Source: Macrostomum hystrix
Taxonomy: Eukaryota; Animalia; Platyhelminthes
Reading direction: 5' to 3'
Length of the DNA stretch: 64,000 nt
Assembly: GCA_950097015.1 (NCBI GenBank)
Contig: CATNEN010000003.1
Span: 6,696,001-6,760,000 of the forward strand
Part shown: positions 24,760-37,000 of the stretch, one piece after another
How the letters are laid out: each line of letters opens with the position of its first letter
Numbering within the stretch: the first letter of the stretch is position 1
Notes under the pieces: model-generated
The model's database searches: none
Told to the model about the DNA's origin: nothing
What the model saw: the letters and a program-made list of their open reading frames with translations, nothing else
Translations under genes and position numbers: made by a program

Positions 24760-25520
24760 GAAGTATTTACAAATCAAGTAAAAGAAAAACCTCATATGAA
24801 TGAGCAAACATCAATATGACAAGGAGGTGTTTCTGAATGCCATGATCAAATAACATGGGCTAGAATCGTAAAAGGCCCCTGCCATTCAAGGAGTTCATCA
24901 AAGCCATTGATGGTCAGTCTGTATTATGCACTGTTTGCATTATCATTATCCTTGCAATAAGTTTGCCTTAACATTGACTTGTCAGAATGCTGCCAGGTTA
25001 GCCGGGCTGACTCAAAGGAAGACAGAATTGTAAGATGTAAGGCTGACATCTCTAAGAGGACCATGATTTGGAAACTGCTTCATCTGCTGAGGATAGAGTG
25101 CTGACATTACCAACCACCAACTATAGACAGATCTTCTGAGAAGACTATTGGTGTAGAGACATTGCGGGAATGACCACACCATGTCCAATTGACTTCCTAA
25201 GAGCAATGATAGCAAATAAAATTAAAAATTTTAATAATAAAGATGGATACAATGCCCATGGTGTACAGCTACATATAAGTGTATATTGACAAGGATGCTT
25301 GCAATGACAATAAAAATCAAATATGAGCAGGAAAAGGTAGAGCCTATTGACCATTATTCTGCAGACGTTAGCCAATATACATAGGCTAGGTGTGTTAGAC
25401 AGGCTGCTATTGCTCGATTAATTGAGACTTTGCAGTAGATATAGTTAGATATTAATCTTGAGATCCTTCAATCATCTCTCATTGGTACTTCCAGAACCAT
25501 CAACCAGTGTCTATGTGATC
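24760..25520 (+). mobile_element. Possible highly decayed 3' fragment of an R4/Dong-like (RLE) non-LTR retrotransposon
   Basis: Weak motifs in the expected order across frames: KEKPH, DQITW..IVKG, EFIKAIDGQSV, IDLSEC, IWKL, LEILQSSLIGTSRTI. Many stops and frameshifts. Confidence 0.3.
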
Positions 25521-28248
25521 CATTGGTCAAAGTTAGAGATCATCTCAACATCAATCCGATCATAACAGCAACAACACGCTGGCTTCTCATCATGGCTTAG
25601 TATTTACAGAGAAGTGCATACCTACAACAAGATGAGGCTCTATTGAAATGGGCCCAAATTTGGCAAGAAAGTGAATATATTATAGCTACATAGTTGAGAG
25701 AGAGGGAGAGAGAAAGAGAGACTGACCATGTATATAGTTCATAGTGTGGTAGGTTAGTTTTTACCTTTTGTGCACACAATATTGTATGAAGTTACCATAT
25801 ATATGATTCTTAGAAAGTTGATAAAAATATGGGAATAATGTTGCTTTGTTTAAATATGCTTTAATTCTTTGTTTTACTATGCATGCCCACCCCAATTTAT
25901 GCTATATATGTGAATGTTTTTTCCCAACCAAAAATCAATGGTCCACAAGATAGGTGTTCACAAATATATGTTTTGTAAGCAATAAGTTCTTTCACTTAAG
26001 TTTCACTTGTGTTCTGTGTTAATATTTGGTGGTAAAGTGAAACCTGATTGGTTATCAGTGATTTAGAGCCAGTTATATGAATAGAGCAATAGAGTAACTA
26101 ATACATACGTTGTGTTTGACTGGTACTCTCCAATCCATTGGAGCCTTCTAAAGACTGGATGTAACCAATAATATTAAAGAATAATTCTATACAGTTAGAG
26201 AGTTAAAGTGTCTTACCGCTTGGGCACTTGTGATTTGCTACCACAGTTATTGAATATACATATATATAATTAAAGTGTCATACTTCCCTATAATTGGGCA
26301 ATTTTTTAATATAACAAAAGTTGACTATTAACTAAGCATTTTGCAGTGGATAAATATAAGCAATTTACAAAGAAGAAGAAAGAAAGGGCCCCTACAACAA
26401 TAGCCATATGTCTATTGTATACTAGCTACTGTACCTGATTATAACAGTTATGTTATACAGTTAATATTGACATTGACATTTTTAGAATTAGGCCTAGGCC
26501 CTAATTAGCTTGACATTCAAATATATAATATTATTAACAAGTATGATTTGAACTTTCCACTTATGCCATGATATATCCATGAACATAAAAAACTTTTTAA
26601 TTATATACATTTTAAACTAGTTAGCTAACTGCTTTAGGTTTACAGCTAATAATAGTTTACTTAAATGATTAAATCTAATGAAAGAACAAGACCCCAGAGC
26701 CTAATAAACTACGAGTTCATAAAAATAGATTTTCTATTCAACAAATTGTCAGGGTAAGAAAATCATAGGATTTAAATTGAAAAGTGGTATAAAAACTAAA
26801 ACATGGCAATTGTTGTCTTACGCATACGACAAAACTGATTTTTTTAGACCAAAAGTTCAACTTTAGCTTCAAGGTCGATAAGACATTTCCACGAAATCGG
26901 TTTGAAACACTACTTTAAACTTGCACGAAAAATACATGACGATGTTAACTATTGTCTCAATTAAACCATTGGTAGCCAATAAAAAGAATCTGCGATTCTT
27001 GACCGCTGATTATCTGTTGCTGCTAATAGAATATATATTACTTCGAAAAGAGAGTTAATCATAGGAAACTGGCCAGAAGAGTGCATCATAATTATTATGT
27101 GCGTTAATAGATAATTATAAATTATAATGTCTTGTATGTGTCCAATGTTTACTAGAGAGAGGGATATTGGTAATGCCTGTCTGTCTGACTTTTCCACACT
27201 GAAATGACCCAATAAATGAAAAAAGCATTCGAAAAAATTATATTCTGAAAAAGTTTTGTTTCACTGGTTCTATCGCCCTATTAAATAACTTTCTCTTTTT
27301 ATCCTAGTGTTTATTTTGCTGTTGTTTTCTTAAACTTGTTCTAATTTTCTTATTTTAGCGATCCTAGCTTTTAGATTTCTAGTTCTTATATAGAATTTTT
27401 ATATAAAGTGTTATATTTATTGTTACCGTATGAATTCTGCAATTAATTTAATTTTATCCTTTTGACATAAACGAAATTTATGGCTTATCCTAGCCTACTT
27501 TAAGTAGCCACCAAAAACTTAGTTGTGAGAATTTAACGCAACGCTTACTACAGAATTGAACATGGTATCTCACTATGAAATCAGTTGATGATAAAAGGAG
27601 GAAAAGCCTTGCCAATAGAGGTATTTGTGTACATCTCCAAATGGTGAAAATCCGCCAGCAACTGTGCATGGTGAGTAAAATAAAAATTTACACATTTCTA
27701 ATTAAAACACATTTTCGACCAATTTAAAGCGCGCGCCACTTCAGAAGATGAAAGCGGGCCTTAAAATTAATTGTCTTCCGCAGTCGTCACTCCTTTGCCT
27801 ACTCAATTTAAATAAGAACCGCGGCTTCACAAAGGCAGTAAATGAAACATCGCTGGATGCTCAAATCGCAGCCAGGTGTTATGGGAATAGAAGAAAAAAT
27901 GAAAAGACAAAAGATCAGGTGCGTAAATTTCAGCAATTTCTGCAACCGCGGCTTAATTTAAACAATCAGACGAAAAATGGATTGTTGGAAAGAGACTCTA
28001 GGTTGGAAATTTAATTTGCCTAACATGACAGGACTGAATAAGTAAATGAAAAATACTTAAAACATTGTATTTTTGCGACAAAAAATACTACGAATTTGAG
28101 TTTTTAATGATCTTCCTCAGAGTATAGGGGCATTATTTTTTTCTAAACTGAACACATTATTAATTCTTTTTTAGTTCCTCATTTATTTGGCTCTCGAGTT
28201 TTCAGTTTTATTGACTAACAAACGTCAATTATAAACTATAAACTATAA

Positions 28249-30775
28249 ACACACCAGCACACCAGCACACCAGCACACCAGCACACCAGCACACCAGCAC
28301 ACCAGCACACCAGCACACCAGCACACCAGCACACCAGCACACCAGCACACCAGCACACCAGCACACCAGCACACCAGCACACCAGCACACCAGCACACCA
28401 GCACACCAGCACACCAGCACACCAGCACACCAGCACACCAGCACACCAGCACACCAGCACACCAGCACACCAGCACACCAGCACACCAGCACACCAGCAC
28501 ACCAGCACACCAGCACACCAGCACACCAGCACACCAGCACACCAGCACACCAGCACACCAGCACACCAGCACACCAGCACACCAGCACACCAGCACACCA
28601 GCACACCAGCACACCAGCACACCAGCACACCAGCACACCAGCACACCAGCACACCAGCACACCAGCACACCAGCACACCAGCACACCAGCACACCAGCAC
28701 ACCAGCACACCAGCACACCAGCACACCAGCACACCAGCACACCAGCACACCAGCACACCAGCACACCAGCACACCAGCACACCAGCACACCAGCACACCA
28801 GCACACCAGCACACCAGCACACCAGCACACCAGCACACCAGCACACCAGCACACCAGCACACCAGCACACCAGCACACCAGCACACCAGCACACCAGCAC
28901 ACCAGCACACCAGCACACCAGCACACCAGCACACCAGCACACCAGCACACCAGCACACCAGCACACCAGCACACCAGCACACCAGCACACCAGCACACCA
29001 GCACACCAGCACACCAGCACACCAGCACACCAGCACACCAGCACACCAGCACACCAGCACACCAGCACACCAGCACACCAGCACACCAGCACACCAGCAC
29101 ACCAGCACACCAGCACACCAGCACACCAGCACACCAGCACACCAGCACACCAGCACACCAGCACACCAGCACACCAGCACACCAGCACACCAGCACACCA
29201 GCACACCAGCACACCAGCACACCAGCACACCAGCACACCAGCACACCAGCACACCAGCACACCAGCACACCAGCACACCAGCACACCAGCACACCAGCAC
29301 ACCAGCACACCAGCACACCACACACCAGCACACCAGCACACCAGCACACCAGCACACCAGCACACCAGCACACCAGCACACCAGCACACCAGCACACCAG
29401 CACACCAGCACACCAGCACACCAGCACACCAGCACACCAGCACACCAGCACACCAGCACACCAGCACACCAGCACACCAGCACACCAGCACACCAGCACA
29501 CCAGCACACCAGCACACCAGCACACCAGCACACCAGCACACCAGCACACCAGCACACCAGCACACCAGCACACCAGCACACCAGCACACCAGCACACCAG
29601 CACACCAGCACACCAGCACACCAGCACAACAGCACACCAGCACACCAGCACACCAGCACACCAGCACACCAGCACACCAGCACACCAGCACACCAGCACA
29701 ACTGCACACCAGCACACCAGCACACCAGCACACCAGCACAACTGCACACCAGCACACCAGCACACCACACACCAGCACACCAGCACACCAGCACACCAGC
29801 ACACCAGCACACCAGCACACCAGCACACCAGCACACCAGCACACCAGCACACCAGCACACCAGCACACCAGCACACCAGCACACCAGCACACCAGCACAC
29901 CAGCACACCAGCACACCAGCACACCAGCACACCAGCACACCAGCACACCAGCACACCAGCACACCAGCACAACAGCACACCAGCACACCAGCACACCAGC
30001 ACACCAGCACACCAGCACACCAGCACACCAGCACACCAGCACAACTGCACACCAGCACACCAGCACACCAGCACACCAGCACAACTGCACACCAGCACAC
30101 CAGCACACCACACACCAGCACACCAGCACACCAGCACACCAGCACACCAGCACACCAGCACACCAGCACACCAGCACACCAGCACACCAGCACACCAGCA
30201 CACCAGCACACCAGCACACCAGCACACCAGCACACCAGCACACCAGCACACCAGCACACCAGCACACCAGCACACCAGCACACCTGCACACCAGCACACC
30301 AGCACACCAGCACACCAGCACACCAGCACACCAGCACACCAGCACACCAGCACACCAGCACACCAGCACACCAGCACAACTGCACACCAGCACACCAGCA
30401 CACCAGCACACCAGCACACCAGCACACCAGCACACCAGCACAACAGCACACCAGCACACCAGCACACCAGCACACCAGCACACCAGCACACCAGCACACC
30501 AGCACACCAGCACAACTGCACACCAGCACACCAGCACACCAGCACACCAGCACACCAGCACACCAGCACACCAGCACACCAGCACACCAGCACACCAGCA
30601 CACCAGCACACCAGCACAACTGCACACCAGCACACCAGCACACCAGCACACCAGCACACCAGCACACCAGCACACCAGCACACCAGCACACCAGCACACC
30701 AGCACACCAGCACACCAGCACACCAGCACACCAGCACACCAGCACACCAGCACACCAGCACACCAGCACACCTGC
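28249..30775. repeat. (CACACCAG)n 8-bp satellite, about 315 copies
   Basis: Directly visible; source of the spurious 840-870 aa ORFs. Confidence 0.97.
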
Positions 30776-30904
30776 TAGGTCGCAATCAGTTCGCGATGTT
30801 GTCCCAATTCCTTGGTTGCTTAGGTCCAACACCTTAGTGACTATAAATGACCGCAGATAGCACGATCACCACGATTTATGTTAACAGATATAGTGGTTAA
30901 CAGA

Positions 30905-32225
30905 GTTTGAGAGTCAGAGAGAAAGAAAGATTCAGAAGGAGACAGACGGAGAGAGACAGATCGATTCAGAGAGAGGGGGGAGAGTCAGAGGGAGACAGTC
31001 GGAGAGAGAGAGAGATGAGATTCGGAGAGAGAGTCAGAGAGAGGGAGAGTCAGAGAGAAAGTCAGAAAAAGAGTCAGAAAGAGAGTCAGAGAGAGAGATT
31101 CGGAGAGAGAGTCAGAGAGAGGGAGAGTCAGAGAGAGGGAGAGTCAGAGAGAGGGAGAGTCAGAGAGAGGGAGAGTCAGAGAGAGGGAGAGTCAGAGAGA
31201 GGGAGAGTCAGAGAGAGGGAGAGTCAGAGAGAGGGAGAGTCAGAGAGAGGGAGAGTCAGAGAGAGGGAGAGTCAGAGAGAGATTCGGAGAGAGAGTCAGA
31301 GAGAGGGAGGGAGATTCAGAGGGAGACAGTCGGAGAGAGGGAGAGAGTCAGAGAGAGATTCAGAGAGAGTCAGAGTGAGAGTCAGAGGGAGACAATCAGA
31401 GAGAGGGAGAGAGTCAGAGAGAGAGAGAGAGTCAGAGAGAGAGTCAGAGAGAGAGTCAGAGAAAGAGTCAGAGGGAGAGAGTCAGAGAGAGAGTCAGAGA
31501 GAGAGTCAGAGGGAGACTCAGGGAGAGAGTCAGAGAGAGAGAGCGAGAGTCAGAGAGTGTCAGAGAGAGTCAGACGAAATCTGTCAGAGGGAGACAGAGA
31601 GAGAGATTCAGGGAGAGAGTCAGAGAGAGAGTCAGAGAGAGAGTCAGAGGGAGAGTCAGGGAGAGAGTCAGAGAGAGAGTCAGAGAGAGAGTCAGACGAA
31701 ATCTGTCAGAGGGAGACAGAGAGAGAGATTCAGGGAGAGAGTCAGAGAGAGAGAGGGAGATTCAGAGGGAGACAGTCGGAGAGAGGGAGAGAGTCAGAGA
31801 GAGAGAGTCAGAGAGAGAGTCAGAGTGAGAGTCATAGGGAGACAATCAGAGAGAGGGAGAGAGTCAGAGAGAGAGAGAGTCAGAGAGAGTCAGAGAAAGA
31901 GTCAGAGGGAGAGAGTCAGAGAGAGAGAGAGTCAGAGAGAGAGTCAGAGAGAGAGAGTCAGGGAGAGAGTCAGAGGGAGAGTCAGGGAGAGAGTCAGAGA
32001 GAGAGAGTCAGAGCGAGAGTCAGAGAGTGTCAGAGAGAGTCAGACGAAATCTGTCAGAGGGAGACAGAGAGAGAGATTCAGGGAGAGAGTCAGAGAGAGA
32101 GTCAGAGAGAGAGTCAGAGAGAAAGTCAGAAAGAGAGTCAGAGAGAGAGTCAGAAAGTGTCAGAGAGAGTCAGACGAAATCTGTCAGAGGGAGACAGAGA
32201 GAGAGATTCAGGGAGAGAGTTAGAG
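30905..32225. repeat. Complex GAGAGTCAGA purine-rich repeat
   Basis: Directly visible, with longer sub-blocks repeated. Confidence 0.92.
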
Positions 32226-32780
32226 TGATGGCACGGAGAGTGATTAGTGTCGAAAACTAGATCATACAAAATAATGAAAGTGAGTCGTTGCGTTTTTTTT
32301 TAACATCGCGAAATGGCAGAAGCGCCGAAAAATTGTTTGACTTTCGCCAGTATATTTTTTGCTTGTACAAATCGGTTACATTATTCGACCGTGACCAAAA
32401 AAATGACATTAAAAAGTCACCAGTTGACAATGACTGCAAGCGAGCAATGGTATATCTTTGAAGTTTCAATTCTCAGAGATCAGAAAAAATGTTCACAGAG
32501 AAAAATAATAGCAGTAATTGTGAATATTTTATTGGGCAATCAATACGTACAAAATACAAGGTTACTATTTAAGATGGGTTTGAATGATGACATTTAATAT
32601 TGAAACGTTGCAGTTGCACTCATTCAGACTTTTTTATCCCATACGTCTTAGTCGAGAATCTAAAAAAACATAGCAAGGTACTCGTAGATTTTAATGGTTT
32701 TAGAGTGTTGCTTACAAAGTTATCTCAACTCAAACGTATCTTTAAGTAACCTAACCTAAGAAAAACACAAAGCTCTATAG

Positions 32781-33421
32781 CAGGGGTCGGCAAACTCCGG
32801 CCCGCGGGCCAGATGCGGCCCTCGAAGCTCCCAAATCCGGCCCGTTGCCCCTTCTGACATCTACAGTGTCCTGTTTCATCTCTCTCGTGTCTAATCTCTC
32901 CCGTGTCTTATCTCTCCCGTGTCTCATCTCTCCCGTGTCTAATCTCTCCCGTGTCTTATCTCTCCCGTGTCTCATCTCTCCCGTGTCTCATCTCTCCCGT
33001 GTCTTATCTCTCCCGTGTCTTATCTCTCCCGTGTCTAATCTCTCCCGTGTCTTATCTCTCCCGTGTCTCATCTCTCCCGTGTCTCATCTCTCCCGTGTCT
33101 CATCTCTCCCGTGTCTTATCTCTCCCGTGTCTCATCTCTCCCGTGTCTCATCTCTCCCGTGTCTAATCTCTCCCGTGTCTAATCTCTCCCGTGTCTTATC
33201 TCTCCCGTGTCTAATCTCTCCCGTGTCTCATCTCTCCCGTGTCTCATCTCTCCCGTGTCTCATCTCTCCCGTGTCTAATCTCTCCCGTGTCTCATCTCTC
33301 TCGTGTCTCATCTCTCCCGTGTCTCATCTCTCCCCTATCTCATATTTATAGTCAATGCGGCCCGCTGTCGTCTTTTAGGTTCTCTCTTTGGCCCGCCAGC
33401 AAATAAGTTTGCCTACCCCTG
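32781..33421. mobile_element. Non-autonomous hAT (Charlie/Buster-like) MITE, 641 bp, with an internal 16-bp minisatellite
   Basis: TIRs CAGGGGTCGGCAAACT / AGTTTGCCTACCCCTG, 8-bp TSD ctctatag (32773-32780, 33422-33429), and subterminal GGCCCG motifs. Confidence 0.93.
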
Positions 33422-33820
33422 CTCTATAGCAATGGATATCATGCATTAGTATTAGAATTAAAGGAACATTGGATAGAGGTAGAACTGAAACGAGAGAAAA
33501 TTATGCGCACAAAGCTGTTTATAACAAAAATGACTAGATAAAACAAAATTACAAAAGCATTAAATGTAAATGAATAACATTGACACAAAAGCACAAAAGA
33601 AGAGACAAAACAATTTGATGCGCTGCTGATCAAAAAACAATAGCTTCAAAAGTTAAAGATCGACACTGCTGATACTTTAGATTGACTAGATTTTTTTCTG
33701 AAGACAAGAAGACAAGACAAGACAAGGAAACATCAAAATCACGAACATATATACACACTACTACAAATACTACAATAAGTGTAGTGAGTCCTTAGTTAAA
33801 GTACATCTCATAGCCTATCT

Positions 33821-34009
33821 TCACAAGTCCGTCGTCAGTCGCTCCATCCAATTGTGTGATTTGAAGAACTCCGGTACCTGTTGATCCATTCGGGCGATCA
33901 CCTTGTAGATTGGTTTCTTCCAAGACTGCTCGTGATCTTTGTTGGCCGACAGAGCTTTGAAAAACTCGCGAAGTGTGGCCTCCACAACTGTGCGAAAGTG
34001 CGCGGGTAC
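33821..34009 (-). CDS. pros: prospero exon 5 (Prospero domain C-terminus and stop)
   Basis: Translates [62 protein letters not shown]. Confidence 0.96.
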   Translation of the reverse strand, partial: VPAHFRTVVEATLREFFKALSANKDHEQSWKKPIYKVIARMDQQVPEFFKSHNWMERLTTDL

Positions 34010-37000
34010 CTGTTAATGGGTTAAAAAGATATATTTTTAGCCAACGGCACTTTAAAGGGTACATTGCAGTTCACTCATATAACAGCGTCACATTTGCTTT
34101 TTGTGCGTGACTTAGATTTTCAAGGGTCCGGGTTGTGGGGAACTAATATCGATTATTTTTCTACCCTTGCTCCAGAGCCTTGGATTGTCTAGGTTTTGGG
34201 GTTGTCGGTGACTATAGTATCGATTATTTTCCTATCCTTTCTTCAAAGCCTTGGATTCGTCTGGGGTTTGGGGTGGTCGGTGTATATTATCGATTATTTT
34301 CCTACCCCTTCTTCAAAGCCTTGGATTGGTCTGGGGTTTGGGGTGGTCGGTGTAGATTATCGATTATTTTCCTACCCCTTCTTCAAAGCCTTGGATTGAT
34401 TCATAGGGTTAGGGGTGGTTGGTGTATGTTATCGATTATTTTCCTAACCTTTCTCCAAAGCCTTGTATTGTCGCCTTATTCAATAGGATTGTAATGTCTA
34501 GGGTTTTGGGGTTGTGGGTGACTTATTATCGATTGTTTTTTACCGTTTCTCCTCAGCCATGTATTTTCTTAGGTTTTTGATGGTCGGCGACGATAATTCA
34601 TTTTCCTTACCACCTCAAAAACTATATGGCTGTCATTGTAGGTGTTGCACTCACCTCGATCTGATTATTCCTGTTGTAGTGCAAATTGAGAACCCGATAA
34701 ATCTCCGAGTCGGCATTAACCGAGATTCTGTCCGCCGATCTGACACCTTCCACAATGGCCTGCCGGGCGTACTTCTCCATTTGGATGTAGAAGAACTCAC
34801 TGAGGAATGTAAGGTTAAGTACACGTGTATAAAGTATTCTTTTGTCGATGGAAGCTAGAGTAAAAAAAATTCAGACAGACGGTCAAATTTGCTTCTGACT
34901 GCATTTAACTGATTTTTAAATCCTGATATGTCTGAGCCCGGGAACCACGTCAAACAGGGAGGATTTCTCTGAATTCTTTGACAGCTGCTGAAACATTGTC
35001 TAAAACTTCTGCCGTATTATGGGATTAAAATTGACGAAGATATTATAAAAAATGAGGCTCTTAGCCCACTGTTTGAGAAGCTCTCCCTTGATGGAGAGCA
35101 TCGGGTCGAAGTCTTGAAGGTGGATGTCAAGCTGGGGCATAATGCCAAGATTCCCTAGGGATACAATTCCCATGATTTTTAGCTTAGCTGTGTATATAGA
35201 GACACTCTCAGGCAGACACAGCCCACACACAGATAAACAAGCGCGCTAACTTTTGATTTGGGATTTGGGATTATGATTTAGAATCTGGCATTTAGATTAA
35301 TTTAAGAGGATGTTGGGAAAGCAAATTAAGACAAGAATGGGAAAACAGAGGATAAAATGAATAGATTTAGGAGGATGGAGACGGTGGCAGCAAAGTAGTT
35401 AAGAGAGTCAGAGTCTCCTTGAGCAGTGTCGCATTTTCACTAGTAGAAACCTGATGATGTTGATGACGGGTTAATCTGGGACTCACGCAATGCCCATACT
35501 ATCAACTTGTCGTTCCTATCTTTATAAGACCCAAAAAACCCTCCGGCGGGTCGTCTTTTGCCCGTCAGTCGACTTGTCACCGACCCCGACTGAGATTTCG
35601 CATCTTTCTCTCACCCGCTCTGTCTTTTCCTAGGGACAAGCCCGTGATGCTGATCTTACTCCTTGAATCCGATGTCACTGTAGGAGGGAGGGGACCATGG
35701 TCAGTAGTGACAACAGCTGCAGAAGCAGCAGCAAGTAGGGGGGGAATAAGTAGCCAGGGGGTCAGCACAGATCGAATTTTTCTCTCTCAACTCTCTTTCG
35801 ATTTCGCTCGAAGGATTTCGCTTGACTTGAAGGTCGAGACGGCTCGGGGGCATTGCACTCACTCTCTCTCTGCGCTCTCTCGCTTCCCAAGTTGTCTATA
35901 AAAGCCTCCCCTCACGCCCCTACAGGCACCAACAAAAATTCTTTAAACCCCCTCTCAGCATGACAGACAGACGCGGCGGTCTGTGTGGGCGGTCGGTGCT
36001 AAGATATACTAAGACCCGGACATGGTGACAAAGATAACACCTACGGTAGGGATAAAAGTGTCAACTATGAAGGTTTCTTCCCAGTGTCACACCACATTGT
36101 CAGTTCTATTTTTTGCCATAAACAAACATGCAGGAACAGGTCGGCTTTTGTTGAAGGCTTTGACCGAGTCTTGGCCGAAACAAAAAAGTCGACATTTCCA
36201 GGTTGCTGGCTTTGAAGTATATTCGCTTCGCGACAAATCTATTGCAAAGCATTGTTTTACACGATGGATTAAAAATAGCTTCCGAAAGCAGGTGACAAAG
36301 ACGACAAGGCGAGTGTCAAGGTGGTAGATGAATTTTTATGACGGCATTTTATTTAGTCACCGAATTTTTTTGACGCAATTCTAGAAAGAATGACTAAAGA
36401 TTCCTTTGAGATCCCTGACTACTCAAGAGACTCGAGTTCTAGCAAGTTGTTTTGAAAAAAACGCATAATTTGCATGATTTTCATTTGGTATAACATTGAC
36501 CTAGAGACAGATTCGCATATAAATATGGAATAATTAAAAGCGATTTGACATCCAAACAGGCTTCGCTTAACTTAATTTTCTGTGAGTGTTTGATTCTTTT
36601 CGCTTCTGTCATTTCTCCAAAAACCGATTATGCGGCATGTCAATTGAGAAAGACTACGCTATTTCTCCCCCCCCCTGGGGAAAGACCAGGGAGACATATT
36701 TGAAAAGGTTTGTCTGTTAAGACAAATGCTGGTTAGAACACTCGATGGGTCATTATTGGTCAGGCTGTGGGCGGGGCCCTCGGATGAGGAAAGCACGATA
36801 CCGCTTTTTGATTAGGGTCTTCTGCTTTTGCCGCAGTTCAATAATTATTATTCTACGACAAGGGCCTAAAGATCGGGTAGAGGCGCATTGTGATGGATTT
36901 CCTGGCCTCGCGTCTCGCTTTCGCTCTCACTTCTGTCGCATGCTAATTTTGTCGCATTAAATATTTCTCGAAAGAGAGAGAGAGACCGAGAGCGGCTTGT

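Noticed and set aside
28229-32260. Very long ORFs (CWCAGVLV repeats, RESQRE repeats)
   Set aside because: Translations of stop-free tandem repeats, open in several frames; no coding evidence.
35577-35768. Signal-peptide-like ORF in prospero intron 3
   Set aside because: Starts with GTG, is short, and has no supporting splice structure or homology.
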